Part shown: piece by piece, positions 1 through 7,710 of the stretch | Layout: each line of letters starts with the position of its first letter | Position numbering within the stretch: position 1 is the stretch's first letter | Assembly (NCBI GenBank): GCA_040005235.1 | Contig: JBDTZG010000066.1 | Coordinates: 1-27,608 of the forward strand | Direction: 5' to 3' | Source: Acidobacteriota bacterium | GTDB taxonomy: Bacteria; Acidobacteriota; Thermoanaerobaculia; Multivoradales; UBA5704 | DNA length: 27,608 nt | The notes under the pieces: model-generated | What the model saw: the letters and a program-made list of their open reading frames with translations, nothing else | Databases searched by the model: none | What the model was told of the DNA's origin: nothing | Translations under genes and position numbers: made by a program

Positions 1-1
1 G

Positions 2-373
2 CCGGTCTGCCGGATCATGGATTTCGGCAAGTTCCTCTACCAGCAGAAGAAGAAGACGCACGAGTCGAGGAAGAAGCAGAAGATCATCCACGTCAAGGAA
101 GTCAAGTTCCGGCCGAACATCGACGACCACGACTACGACTTCAAGCTGAAGAACGCGGTTCGTTTCCTCGACGACGGCGACAAGGTCAAGGCGACGGTCC
201 AGTTTCGCGGCCGCGAGATGGCTCGCACCGACCTCGGTTTCAAGCTGATCCAGCGCCTGGCGGCCGACATCGGCGAGCATGGCAACCTGGAAGGCAATCC
301 CGAGATGGCGGGCAACCGCATGCACGCGATCTTCGGCGGGCCGAAGAACGCGCCGAAGAAGGTTGGGGCTTAA
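2..373 (+). CDS. infC: Translation initiation factor IF-3 (5'-truncated by window edge)
   Basis: Frame open from base 2 (PVCRIMDFGKFLYQQKKK...KEVKFRPNIDDHDYDFK...GDKVKATVQFRGRE), typical IF-3 linker and C-domain; canonical infC-rpmI-rplT order. Confidence 0.97.
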   Translation, partial: PVCRIMDFGKFLYQQKKKTHESRKKQKIIHVKEVKFRPNIDDHDYDFKLKNAVRFLDDGDKVKATVQFRGREMARTDLGFKLIQRLAADIGEHGNLEGNPEMAGNRMHAIFGGPKNAPKKVGA

Positions 374-428
374 AAGCAAGCCCACGGAAGTAGAGCACCT
401 CGTTGCACGGCGACCTCGCGGTCGTCTG

Positions 429-437
429 TGCTAGAAT
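429..437 (+). promoter_or_regulatory. Putative extended -10 sigma70 promoter (TGcTAGAAT) upstream of rpmI
   Basis: TG-n-TAGAAT at 429-437 in the infC-rpmI spacer; no good -35 at 17 bp (TTGCAC lies 23 bp away). Confidence 0.5.
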
Positions 438-510
438 CTTGCGTCGTTTGCCGCAGAAGCGGCACAAGCGATTCAATAGAGATGCAGACCTAGGAAAAAA
501 GGAGAAGCCC

Positions 511-705
511 TTGCCCAAGCAGAAGACCCACAAGGGCGCCGCCAAGCGGTTCAAAATCACCGGGACCGGCAAAGTGATGCGCCACCAGGCGGAAGTTCGC
601 CACGGTTTGACCCAGAAGTCTCAGAAACGGAAGCGGAAGCTGGGCAAAGCAGTTGAGTGCTCGCCTGCGTTCTCGGCGATCCTCAGGTCGATGCTCCACC
701 GGTAG
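511..705 (+). CDS. rpmI: 50S ribosomal protein L35
   Basis: TTG start after AGGAG SD; (M)[23 protein letters not shown] is the L35 signature; 64 aa. The ORF-track start at 403 is too far upstream. Confidence 0.96.
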   Translation: MPKQKTHKGAAKRFKITGTGKVMRHQAEVRHGLTQKSQKRKRKLGKAVECSPAFSAILRSMLHR

Positions 706-738
706 AGCTTCGCGACACGAGAGACAAGACGAAAACCA

Positions 739-858
739 GACCGGCATCCGGTGGGACGAACCTGTCCATCGGCGCCGTCGGTCCTCCGAACGGACAACGC
801 TTTCTCTTAAGGAAAGCCCGCGGACGACCCTGACCGCTCCCCGAGACGCTCGGCGAGC
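739..858 (+). promoter_or_regulatory. Candidate structured cis-regulatory RNA (possible L20 r-leader) in the rpmI-rplT spacer
   Basis: 173-nt spacer with several stems: 739-745/774-783 enclosing hairpin 748-772, GCTTTC/GAAAGC 799-817, and GCTC-CCGAG/CTCGG-GAGC 836-858. Confidence 0.4.
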
Positions 859-878
859 AGAAACGAGGTTCCTAAGAG

Positions 879-1262
879 ATGCGCGTCAAACGCGGTACCA
901 AGCGGGTCCAGCGCCGCAAGAAGATTCTCAAGCTGGCAAAGGGCTATTACGGCACCAAGTCGAAGGCCCACCGGATCGCCAAACTGGCGGTCGACAAATC
1001 TCTCAACTACGCCTATCGCGACCGCCGGCAGCGCAAGCGCCAGATGCGCGCGCTGTGGATCGTGCGGATCAACGCCGCGGCGCGTATTCACGGTCTCTCC
1101 TATAGCCGTCTGATCGCCGGTTTGAAGGCCGCCGGCTCGACGCTCGACCGCAAGGTGCTCGCCGATCTCGCCGTGGTCGATCCGGCCGGATTCGGCAAGC
1201 TGGCCGAAGCCGCCAAGCAGGCGCTCACCCCAGTCGATCACGGCGCCGCTTCAGGAGCGTAA
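879..1262 (+). CDS. rplT: 50S ribosomal protein L20
   Basis: MRVKRG...[12 protein letters not shown]...[26 protein letters not shown]...[11 protein letters not shown]20 consensus. Confidence 0.98.
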   Translation: MRVKRGTKRVQRRKKILKLAKGYYGTKSKAHRIAKLAVDKSLNYAYRDRRQRKRQMRALWIVRINAAARIHGLSYSRLIAGLKAAGSTLDRKVLADLAVVDPAGFGKLAEAAKQALTPVDHGAASGA

Positions 1263-1263
1263 C

Positions 1264-2352
1264 GTGTCCACCGCGGGCGACCCGACCGGAGCCCCGGAAT
1301 CCTCGGGCGCCCCGACCGTCCCGACGGCTCCGGTCACCCCGGAAAATCTCGCCTCCGAATTTCTCAGCGCCCTCGCGGCGGTCGAAGATCGACCGTCGTG
1401 GGAGGCGCTGCGTTTGCGTTGGACCGGTAAGAAGCAAGGCGTCCTCCGCTCGCTCCTGGAGGCGATCGGCAAGATCGCGCCGGCCGACCGAAAAGCCTAT
1501 GGCGAGCAGGTCAACCGGCTGAAGGTTCAGGTGGAGACCGGCCTCGCCGCCAAAGAGACCGAGTTGCTGGAGTTGGAGCGCGAGGCCGCCCTGCGCTCCG
1601 CCGCGATCGACGTGACGCTCCCCGGCCGGCGGCCGATGCTCGGCAGTCTCCATCCGGTCACCCGGGTGATGCGCGAGATGGAGCTGATCTTCGCCGAGCT
1701 GGGCTACAGCGTCGCCGAAGGGCCGGAGATCGAGGACGACTTCCACAACTTCACGGCGCTCAATTTTCCCCTCGACCATCCGGCGCGCGACACCCAGGAC
1801 ACCTTCTTCGTCGACGGTGGTCTGCTGCTGCGCACCCACACGTCGCCGGTGCAGATCCGGACGATGCTGTCGAGGAAACCGCCGATCCGCGTGATCTGCC
1901 CCGGCCGGGTCTATCGCTGCGACAACGACCTGCGGCACTCGCCGATGTTTCATCAGATCGAATGCCTGGCGGTGGCCGAAGGGATCACGTTCTCGGATTT
2001 GAAGGGGACGCTGCTGGCGTTCGTCCGCCGGCTGTTCTCTGCCGACACGGGAGTGCGCCTGCGGCCCAGCCACTTCCCGTTCACCGAGCCTTCGGCGGAG
2101 GTCGACATCACCTGCGTGTTCTGCCGCGGCAAGGGGTGCGAGACCTGCTCGGGGAGCGGCTGGATGGAAATCCTCGGCTCCGGCATGGTCGATCCGAGAG
2201 TGCTCGAAGGGTGCGGCATCGATCCCGAGATCTATTCCGGGTTCGCCTTCGGCATGGGGGTCGATCGGGTGGCGATGCTCCGTTACGGCATTCCCAACAT
2301 CCGGGTTCTGTTCGACAACGACGAGCGTCTGCTTCGCCAGGTGAGCCGCTGA
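1264..2352 (+). CDS. pheS: Phenylalanine--tRNA ligase alpha subunit
   Basis: GTG start with AGGAG at 1253-1257; HPARDTQDTF, LLRTHTSPVQIR, HSPMFHQIE, FPFTEPSAEVD, GFAFGMGVDR motifs; CxxC-x-GxGCxxC insert. Confidence 0.98.
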   Translation: MSTAGDPTGAPESSGAPTVPTAPVTPENLASEFLSALAAVEDRPSWEALRLRWTGKKQGVLRSLLEAIGKIAPADRKAYGEQVNRLKVQVETGLAAKETELLELEREAALRSAAIDVTLPGRRPMLGSLHPVTRVMREMELIFAELGYSVAEGPEIEDDFHNFTALNFPLDHPARDTQDTFFVDGGLLLRTHTSPVQIRTMLSRKPPIRVICPGRVYRCDNDLRHSPMFHQIECLAVAEGITFSDLKGTLLAFVRRLFSADTGVRLRPSHFPFTEPSAEVDITCVFCRGKGCETCSGSGWMEILGSGMVDPRVLEGCGIDPEIYSGFAFGMGVDRVAMLRYGIPNIRVLFDNDERLLRQVSR

Positions 2353-4532
2353 TGCGTTTCTCCTGCGAGTGGCTGGCCCGTTACGTCGATCTGCCGGATC
2401 CGATCGAGCTGTCGCTCCAGCTCACCTCGGCGGGCTTGGCGGTCGAGCAGATCGAAGCTGATGGAACCGACACGATTCTCGACGTCGAGGTGACCACCAA
2501 CCGGCCGGATGCGATGTGCCACTTTGGTCTAGCGCGCGAGATCGCGACGATTCTCGATCGGCCGCTGCGCATGCCGGAGGTCGCTCCGGATTCCGGAGGG
2601 GTGAGCGGCGCAGTGGCCGGTGAAATGAGCGCCGATTTGATCTCCGTCGAGATCGCCGCGCCCGACCTCTGCCCGCGTTTCGTCGGCCGGGTCATGCGCG
2701 GCGTAAAGATCGGCCCGAGCCCGGATTGGCTGCGCCGCGCTCTGGAATCGATCGGCCACCGATCGATCAACAACGTGGTCGACGTCACGAACTTCGTCCT
2801 CTGGGAGCTTGGCCAGCCGCTCCACGCTTACGATCTCGCCAAGCTTAAGGGCGCCAAGCTCATCGTCCGGCAGGCGCAGGCGCGCGAGCGGATCAAAACG
2901 CTCGACGGGGCCGAGCGGACGCTCGATCCTGAGCTTCTGGTGATCGCCGACGCCGAGGTGCCGGTGGGGGTGGCCGGGGTGATGGGCGGGTTCGACAGCG
3001 AGGTGACCGCGTCGACCGTCGACCTGTTGATCGAGGCGGCCCATTTCGACCGCGCGGCGGTCCGCCGGGCGAGCCGGGTGCTCAATTTGAAAACCGACGC
3101 GAGCCATCGCTTCGAGCGCGGCGCCGATCTCGAAGCGTGCCGCGTCGCGGTGGATCGCACGGCCTATCTGATCGCCGAAATTGCCGGGGGCGAGGTGCTC
3201 GCCGGAGCGGTAGACGTGCGGCCCGGCCGTCGCCTGCCGCGCCGCGGCCGGTTGGATCACGGCAAGCTCGAAGCGTTTGCCGGTGCGCGGATCGCGCCTG
3301 AGTCGGTCGAGCGGTGGCTCAAAAGTTTGGGTTTTGCGCCCCGGCCGGCGGGTCCCGAGTCGGGCGACGGAGACGCGTGGGAGGTTCAGGTCCCCTCTTG
3401 GCGCTATTTCGATTTCGCGCCGAAAGAGGCTGAGGACGACGCCCCGTTCGCCGAAATCTATCCGGCGGATCTGTACGAGGAGATCCTTCGCCTCCATGGC
3501 TTCGACCCGGTGGCGCCGACGTTGCCCGCCCTTTCCGGAGCCGATGCGCCGAAGAACCCGATCCTCGCGCGCCGTGCCCGGATTCAAGACGGGCTCGCCG
3601 CCTGCGGCCTGGCCGAAACGGTCCAATATTCGTTCATCGATCCGCAGGACGAAGCCAAGCTGCCGCTGCTCGCCCCCGAAGGGGTGGCGGTCCCGCTGGT
3701 CAATCCGCTCTCCGAGCGGCTCGCGGTCATGCGCCGGTCTCTCCTGCCCGGACTGGTCGAGACCGCCCGCTTCAATAAGCGCCGCGGCGCCGCGGCGGTG
3801 CGCCTGTTCGAGGTCGCGCGGGTGTTCTATCGCCAACCCGGCCAGGCGGTGGGCGACGGCTCATTGCCGCTCCAGCCCGAGCGAATCGGCATCGTGGTCG
3901 GCGGCCGGGTCGGGACCCCGTGGGAACATCAGGTGGATCTCGATTTCTTCGATCTCAAAGGCGCGATCGAATCCGTGGCGACCGAGCTCGGCGTGGCGCT
4001 CTCGTTCCGTGCCGCCGCACCGCGCGGTCTGGTGCCGGGCTTGGCGGCGGAGATTTTGCTCGGGGATCGAGTGATCGGAGTGATCGGCCGCCTCGCGGGC
4101 GAGGACGGCTACCCGCTGTTCGTCGCCGAGCTCGAAGCCGATGCGCTGCAACCGGAGCCCGAAGGATTCTTGGCGCGCGGCGGAGCGGCGGATGAAAAAA
4201 GCGCCGCGGACGCTTCGGCCGCGGTCGCCGGTCTCGGCGTCGAAGCCCCTTCGCGTTATCCGGGCGTGGCGGCGGATGCCACCGTCACCCATGCGCTATC
4301 GGTCGCCTGGGAAGAGATCTCGGCGGCGGTCGCCGATCTCGCTCCCGCGGATCTGGTGTCCTACGGCCTCAAGGATCGATACCGAGGCCAGGGCGTGCCC
4401 GAAGGTGCCGTCAACACGACTCTCTATTTCCTCTACAACGCGGGCGATCGGTCGTTGACCCAAGCGGAAGTCAACGAACGGCAACTGGCGCTCGTCCGCG
4501 CGCTCGAAAGCCGTTTCGGCTGGAAAGGATGA
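2352..4532 (+). CDS. pheT: Phenylalanine--tRNA ligase beta subunit (short form lacking the B2 OB-fold)
   Basis: ATG overlaps pheS stop (TGATG); TTNRPD, SINNVVDVTNFV, GQPLHAYD, ASHRFERG, NPLSE..MRRSLLPGL, C-terminal anticodon-binding domain (RSLTQAEVN); 726 aa. Confidence 0.97.
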   Translation: MRFSCEWLARYVDLPDPIELSLQLTSAGLAVEQIEADGTDTILDVEVTTNRPDAMCHFGLAREIATILDRPLRMPEVAPDSGGVSGAVAGEMSADLISVEIAAPDLCPRFVGRVMRGVKIGPSPDWLRRALESIGHRSINNVVDVTNFVLWELGQPLHAYDLAKLKGAKLIVRQAQARERIKTLDGAERTLDPELLVIADAEVPVGVAGVMGGFDSEVTASTVDLLIEAAHFDRAAVRRASRVLNLKTDASHRFERGADLEACRVAVDRTAYLIAEIAGGEVLAGAVDVRPGRRLPRRGRLDHGKLEAFAGARIAPESVERWLKSLGFAPRPAGPESGDGDAWEVQVPSWRYFDFAPKEAEDDAPFAEIYPADLYEEILRLHGFDPVAPTLPALSGADAPKNPILARRARIQDGLAACGLAETVQYSFIDPQDEAKLPLLAPEGVAVPLVNPLSERLAVMRRSLLPGLVETARFNKRRGAAAVRLFEVARVFYRQPGQAVGDGSLPLQPERIGIVVGGRVGTPWEHQVDLDFFDLKGAIESVATELGVALSFRAAAPRGLVPGLAAEILLGDRVIGVIGRLAGEDGYPLFVAELEADALQPEPEGFLARGGAADEKSAADASAAVAGLGVEAPSRYPGVAADATVTHALSVAWEEISAAVADLAPADLVSYGLKDRYRGQGVPEGAVNTTLYFLYNAGDRSLTQAEVNERQLALVRALESRFGWKG

Positions 4533-4825
4533 CCCCCACCGTGAAGGCCCCCGAGATCGATTTCCTGGATGCGCTGGAAGCGAAGATTCACGAGGCCGCG
4601 GAACGCCTGCGCGCCCTGCGCAGCGAAAACCGAGCCCTGGCGCAAAGAGTCGCCGATCTCGAAGCCCAGCTCGCGGAGCGGGGGGAAGACGCCGCAGTGA
4701 TCGATATGGCCGGCGCCGCCAACGGAGGGAACGAAGAATGGCGGCTGGAGCGCGACGCGATCCGCCAACGCGTCGAGTCGTTGGCCGGCCGGTTGGAGGA
4801 GTTGTTGGAGGAGGGGGAGGAGTAG
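4529..4825 (+). CDS. Small coiled-coil protein, ZapB-like (cell-division associated)
   Basis: ATGA overlap with pheT stop; heptad-rich LEAKIHEAAERLRALRSENRALAQRVADLEAQL...ERDAIRQRVESL; position after pheT fits ZapB-like genes. Confidence 0.65.
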   Translation: MTPTVKAPEIDFLDALEAKIHEAAERLRALRSENRALAQRVADLEAQLAERGEDAAVIDMAGAANGGNEEWRLERDAIRQRVESLAGRLEELLEEGEE

Positions 4826-4841
4826 GGCCTGGAGTAGAGCC

Positions 4842-5954
4842 CTACCCCCCGATCGACATAAAGCTCGCCAGGTTCCCGCTGTTGCCTTGCAGCAGCAGGT
4901 GCTCCGCCGGTTTCTCCTCCAGCACTCGCAGGATCTCCTCTTCGAGCGCATGCTCTGGATTCGGCTCGTCGAGCAGGTGGCGGAGCGGGTGGTTCTTCTC
5001 GTCGAAGAGGCAGAGGCGCAGCTCCCCTCGGGAGGTCAGCCTCAGCCGGTTGCAGTCGGCGCAGAAGGTATGGGAGAGCGGGGTGATGAAACCGACCTCT
5101 CCTTTTGCACCCGCGAAGCGGAAGGCTTGGGCCGGTCCCGTGCGGGGTTGATCGTTTGCGACCTCCTGAAGCGGTCCCCAGCGCTGTTCGAGCCGGGCGC
5201 GTACGGTGTCGCAGGTGAGGTGGCCGACGACCAACGCGCGGTTCGCCGGGGTGGGCATCATCTCGATGAAGCGGACGGAGAGCGGCCGATCGATCGTCAG
5301 CTCGGCCAGGCGCTCGATCTCTTCGAGCTTGCCGTCGGCGAGCAGGACGGTGTTCAGCTTGACCGGGGCGAGCCCCGCTTCGAGGGCGGCTTCGATCCCT
5401 CTCCAGACCTGTTTCAGCTGGCCGCGGCGGGCGATGCGGGCGAACTCCTCCGGGTCGAGCGTGTCGAGACTGACGTTCACCCGATCGAGACCCGCGGCCT
5501 TGAGGGCGGGCGCCAAGCGTTCCAGCTCCGTGCCGTTGGTCGAGAGGGACAGATCTTCGACCCCCGGGAGCGCCTTGATCCGGGCCACGATCTCCAGCAG
5601 GTCTTTCCTCACCAGCGGCTCGCCGCCGGTCAGGCGGACGCGCCGGATGCCCAAGTGGACGAGGGTGCCGACCAGGGTCTCGATCTCTTGAGGAGAGAGG
5701 AAATCGCGATCTCCGAAGGGAAACTCGGCGTCCTCGGGCAGGCAGTAGACGCAACGCAGATTGCAGCGGTCGGTCACTGAGACCCGCAGATAGGTGAGCC
5801 GACGGCCGAAAGAGTCGACCAGCCGGCTCGGAGCTTCGGCCGACGCGGCGGCCGCGGTCGGCGCAAGACCCCCGGTCCGGACAAACGCCGACAGGCCGGC
5901 GGAGGCCGGATCGGTGTTAAGGCTCGTCGTGCCGATCTGGTAGAGCTGGTCCAT
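4842..5954 (-). CDS. moaA: GTP 3',8-cyclase (molybdenum cofactor biosynthesis protein A)
   Basis: DSFGRRLTYLRVSVTDRCNLRCVYC radical-SAM CxxxCxxC, RLTGGEPL, C-terminal FCADCNRLR...CL cluster and terminal IGG. Start taken at ATG 5954 because the upstream in-frame extension lies inside the Moco RNA. Confidence 0.96.
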   Translation of the reverse strand: MDQLYQIGTTSLNTDPASAGLSAFVRTGGLAPTAAAASAEAPSRLVDSFGRRLTYLRVSVTDRCNLRCVYCLPEDAEFPFGDRDFLSPQEIETLVGTLVHLGIRRVRLTGGEPLVRKDLLEIVARIKALPGVEDLSLSTNGTELERLAPALKAAGLDRVNVSLDTLDPEEFARIARRGQLKQVWRGIEAALEAGLAPVKLNTVLLADGKLEEIERLAELTIDRPLSVRFIEMMPTPANRALVVGHLTCDTVRARLEQRWGPLQEVANDQPRTGPAQAFRFAGAKGEVGFITPLSHTFCADCNRLRLTSRGELRLCLFDEKNHPLRHLLDEPNPEHALEEEILRVLEEKPAEHLLLQGNSGNLASFMSIGG

Positions 5955-6028
5955 GGTCGTCCGCCTGTCTCGTGGCCCGGCCGAAAAAGCAATGGCCGGA
6001 CGGCGGGAGCGGAGCGCTCCGGCGGACC

Positions 6029-6145
6029 GGCCCACCTTTCCGAACACGGGAGGCGACCGGGTTTCCCCGGCCACCCTCTGCTGCTTTTGGGCGGCTCGGC
6101 CTCCCGCCGTTGTCTCCGGGGAGGGTTGGCCGAGCTCGGAGGGCC
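6029..6145 (-). ncRNA. Moco RNA motif (molybdenum/tungsten cofactor riboswitch candidate)
   Basis: Minus strand reads GGCCC-UCCGAG-CUCGGCC...GGCCGAGC...AGGGU-GGCCGGG-GAAA-CCCGGUC-GCCUCCCGUGUUCGGAAAGGU-GGGCC. This shows the conserved CUCCGAG, AGGG, GAAA-capped stem and GCCUCCCGU..GGAAAGG elements, directly upstream of moaA. Confidence 0.9.
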
Positions 6146-6153
6146 AAACTCAT

Positions 6154-6159
6154 ATTATG
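6154..6159 (-). promoter_or_regulatory. Putative -10 element (CATAAT) of the moaA/Moco RNA promoter
   Basis: CATAAT on the minus strand 8 nt before the first nucleotide of the Moco RNA P1; -35 is poor (GTGGCG). Confidence 0.55.
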
Positions 6160-6190
6160 CTGCGCGCGCGCCTCGTCGCCACCCTCGTCC

Positions 6191-6219
6191 TTGATTCGGA
6201 TCGGCCCTGTTCTTAGAAT
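6191..6219 (+). promoter_or_regulatory. sigma70 promoter TTGATT-N17-TAGAAT
   Basis: -35 at 6191-6196, 17-bp spacer, -10 at 6214-6219, upstream of the 6282 gene; back-to-back with the moaA promoter. Confidence 0.7.
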
Positions 6220-6281
6220 GGCGCCGAACCCCCGGTTTCCTCAGCCACGTAAACGTCAGACTCGCGAATCGATAATGCCCG

Positions 6282-7025
6282 ATGATCACCGGCTATAACA
6301 CGGACGTCCGGCACAACGACACCGTGTTTCACGTCCAGACGGAGGACAAGGGGGCCGCGAACCCTCAGATCGAGAGCCTCGTCTACGTGAGCGGCCAGGT
6401 TCTGGTGAGCAAGAAGGCGAGTTACGCGACCCTGCTCGCCGAAGGGCACGGCGAGAAGGCGATCCTGGCGCTGATGGATCAGCAGCACCGGACGATGATC
6501 GCCGCGATCCGCCACGGCAAGCTGGACGAAAAGTGGGCGGCCATGGCCGCCGCCCGCGGCGGCAACACCTCCGTCAAGGTGCCGATCATCCGGCCGCCGC
6601 GACCGGAGGAGGAGCGAGTCGACCGCGCGGAGGAAACCCGCAACGGCCCCGTCCGCGGCGATACCACGGTGGCTCCAGAGCGCAGCCTCGACCAGGTGAT
6701 CCTCGAATACCTGACCCACGAAGCGGACCAGGAGCAGCTGGTGGTGACGCTCGAAGGCGAGCGCGATCTGACCATCGGCCAGGCGGCGAGCCTGATGCTT
6801 CGGGCGAGCTCCAGCAAAAGCGGCCAGCCGGTCACCGGCGCCCAGGTGAGCGTCAAGATGATTTCGACGGTCTCCGAGCCGCGGACGCTCGCGATGGGGC
6901 AGAGCGACGATCTCGGCATGGTGGCTCTGCGGTTCGAGATTCCCTCGCTCGGCCGCGGCACGGCGGCGCTGATCGTCTCGGCGGTCTCCTCGATCGGCCG
7001 GGCCGAGCTCAAACACCTCTTGTAG
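6282..7025 (+). CDS. Conserved hypothetical protein (N-terminal GYNTD..HVQTED domain, C-terminal Ig/transthyretin-like beta domain)
   Basis: GC3-rich codon pattern, own promoter, 3 bp from thiS; MITGYNTDVRHNDTVFHVQTEDKG, ERSLDQVILEYL, GQPVTGAQVSV...GQSDDLG. Confidence 0.8.
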   Translation: MITGYNTDVRHNDTVFHVQTEDKGAANPQIESLVYVSGQVLVSKKASYATLLAEGHGEKAILALMDQQHRTMIAAIRHGKLDEKWAAMAAARGGNTSVKVPIIRPPRPEEERVDRAEETRNGPVRGDTTVAPERSLDQVILEYLTHEADQEQLVVTLEGERDLTIGQAASLMLRASSSKSGQPVTGAQVSVKMISTVSEPRTLAMGQSDDLGMVALRFEIPSLGRGTAALIVSAVSSIGRAELKHLL

Positions 7026-7028
7026 CCG

Positions 7029-7235
7029 ATGGAAATCGAGATCGTCATGAATGGCGAGGCCCGGGCCGTCGCGGCGGGCGGGACGCTTCTCGACCTGCTC
7101 GCGTCGCTCGGACGCGATCCGCGGACGGTGGCGATCGAACGGAACGGCCGGATCGTGCCGCGCGGCGAATACGGCGCCGCGCCGCTCGAAGCCGGAGACC
7201 GGATCGAGATCGTCCACTTCGTCCAAGGAGGGTGA
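7029..7235 (+). CDS. thiS: Sulfur carrier protein ThiS
   Basis: 68 aa beta-grasp: IVMNGE, VAIERNGRIVPR, GDRIEIVHFVQGG with C-terminal GG. Confidence 0.9.
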   Translation: MEIEIVMNGEARAVAAGGTLLDLLASLGRDPRTVAIERNGRIVPRGEYGAAPLEAGDRIEIVHFVQGG

Positions 7236-7314
7236 AGGTTTTCGATTTCGCGTCCGTCTAACCACCTCGAAGGCGCTCCGCACACCGCGTGGGCGTTGCG
7301 ATTGCGAGGTAGAG

Positions 7315-7710
7315 ATGGCCGCAAAGCTGAAGTTGATCAAGAAATTCGGACTGACTCCTCCCTCAGGGCGGCGAGCCGCCCTTGCACCCGCTGCCCCGCC
7401 TGCCGTCGTTGCGACCGTGGAGTTTTCGGTGACCAAGACCGGTGGCCCGGTCGCGACCTCGATCGAGGTCGGCTCTTCGGGCTCCGACGATCAGCGGTTC
7501 ACGGACCAGCAGCTCAAGGCAGGCACAGTTAAAGCCACCCTCCTCAAGGGAAACACCTACACGGTCGTTTGGCAAGGCGCCTTCGTCCATCCGGGCTCGG
7601 CTACCCTGGCGGTAGTGGCCACCGATAGCAAGGGCAAGGTATTCCTCAATAAGAAGGTCGCGGTCAAGAACCCGCCGGACGGGCCGACCTTTACCCGCGT
7701 GGTGATCTGA
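7315..7710 (+). CDS. Hypothetical protein, small beta-sandwich-like (131 aa)
   Basis: ATG after GAGG SD; basic/Pro-Ala N-terminus followed by alternating beta-strand pattern; stop overlaps next start (TGATG). Confidence 0.65.
   Translation: MAAKLKLIKKFGLTPPSGRRAALAPAAPPAVVATVEFSVTKTGGPVATSIEVGSSGSDDQRFTDQQLKAGTVKATLLKGNTYTVVWQGAFVHPGSATLAVVATDSKGKVFLNKKVAVKNPPDGPTFTRVVI

Noticed and set aside
1962-2351. N-terminal 130-aa extension of PheT in the ORF track
   Set aside because: Overlaps pheS out of frame; PheT homology starts at ATG 2352.
5955-6074. Upstream in-frame extension of moaA
   Set aside because: Lies within the Moco RNA and its leader; not MoaA-like.
7230-7268. Degenerate similarity (TGAAGG..TTCGATT...ACCACC) to the 3' end of tRNA-Lys, suggesting an att site
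   Set aside because: Needs gaps and many mismatches, partly overlaps the thiS GG-stop codons, and lies upstream of the intact tRNA (wrong side for a 3'-end integration); no integrase is present.
7291-7306. GG-N10-GC spacing (GGGCGTTGCGATTGC) as a sigma54 promoter
   Set aside because: Poor -24 match, and the implied TSS would fall at or after the ATG at 7315.
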